Below are positions 63,988-64,000 of a stretch of DNA of 64,000 bases, piece by piece (the stretch's first letter is position 1; each line of letters starts with the position of its first letter). Origin of the DNA: an uncultured Gammaproteobacteria bacterium (GTDB lineage Bacteria > Patescibacteriota > Patescibacteriia > Magasanikbacterales > GWA2-37-8); contig CAZWKA010000002.1 of assembly GCA_964634875.1 (NCBI GenBank), forward strand, positions 15,590-79,589. The letters run 5' to 3'. The notes beneath the pieces are model-generated. The model saw only the letters and a list, made by a program, of their open reading frames with translations, was not told where the DNA came from and did not search any database. Position numbers and translations under genes: made by a program.

Positions 63988-64000
63988 ACGTACAGTTTTA

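Noticed and set aside
1-64000. CRISPR array, rRNA, IS transposase, integrase or reverse transcriptase
   Set aside because: No regularly spaced repeats, rRNA signatures, or DDE, tyrosine-recombinase or YxDD-type motifs seen in any ORF
1-64000. Alternative genetic code (UGA read as Gly, as in Gracilibacteria)
   Set aside because: Conserved genes are full length under code 11, and TGA acts as a stop in several ATGA overlaps

Overview
Bacterial chromosome segment, by eye roughly 40-45% GC, standard genetic code. It most likely comes from a Patescibacteria/CPR (Parcubacteria/ABY1-like) genome. This is an inference from the short RpoA with no alpha-CTD, the short AlaRS, SD-less starts, PilT and the dense glycosyltransferase content. 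Contents: (1) a D-Ala-D-Ala peptidase, Memo/LigB, priA, def, fmt, O-antigen-ligase-like operon; (2) a glycosylation block; (3) the infA-rpmJ-rpsM-rpsK-rpsD-rpoA-rplQ-rplM-rpsI operon; (4) alaS, mnmA, dus; (5) a zwf-gnd fusion with tkt; (6) cca, pilT and tRNA-Pro(GGG) with a small flanking islet; (7) a rhamnose/GT2 operon headed by ftsW; (8) rpmA; (9) a nonulosonic-acid/UDP-sugar cluster. The most unusual signal is about nine GC-richer orphan genes, mostly built as self-contained units: sigma70 promoter, Shine-Dalgarno site, ORF, long 3' hairpin. They sit among native genes that instead use an SD-less tATG start. Two of these orphans are paralogs with aromatic-rich C-termini that may be DGR-type variable proteins. 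Other notable points: a eukaryote-type bifunctional rhamnose epimerase/reductase in place of RmlC/RmlD, a PriA with decayed helicase motifs, a NeuB missing a metal-ligand His, a likely N-formylated legionaminic-type pathway, an unannotated 37-aa Lys-rich protein, and a duplicated tRNA 5' end. No database searches were possible, so family calls rest on recognised motifs.
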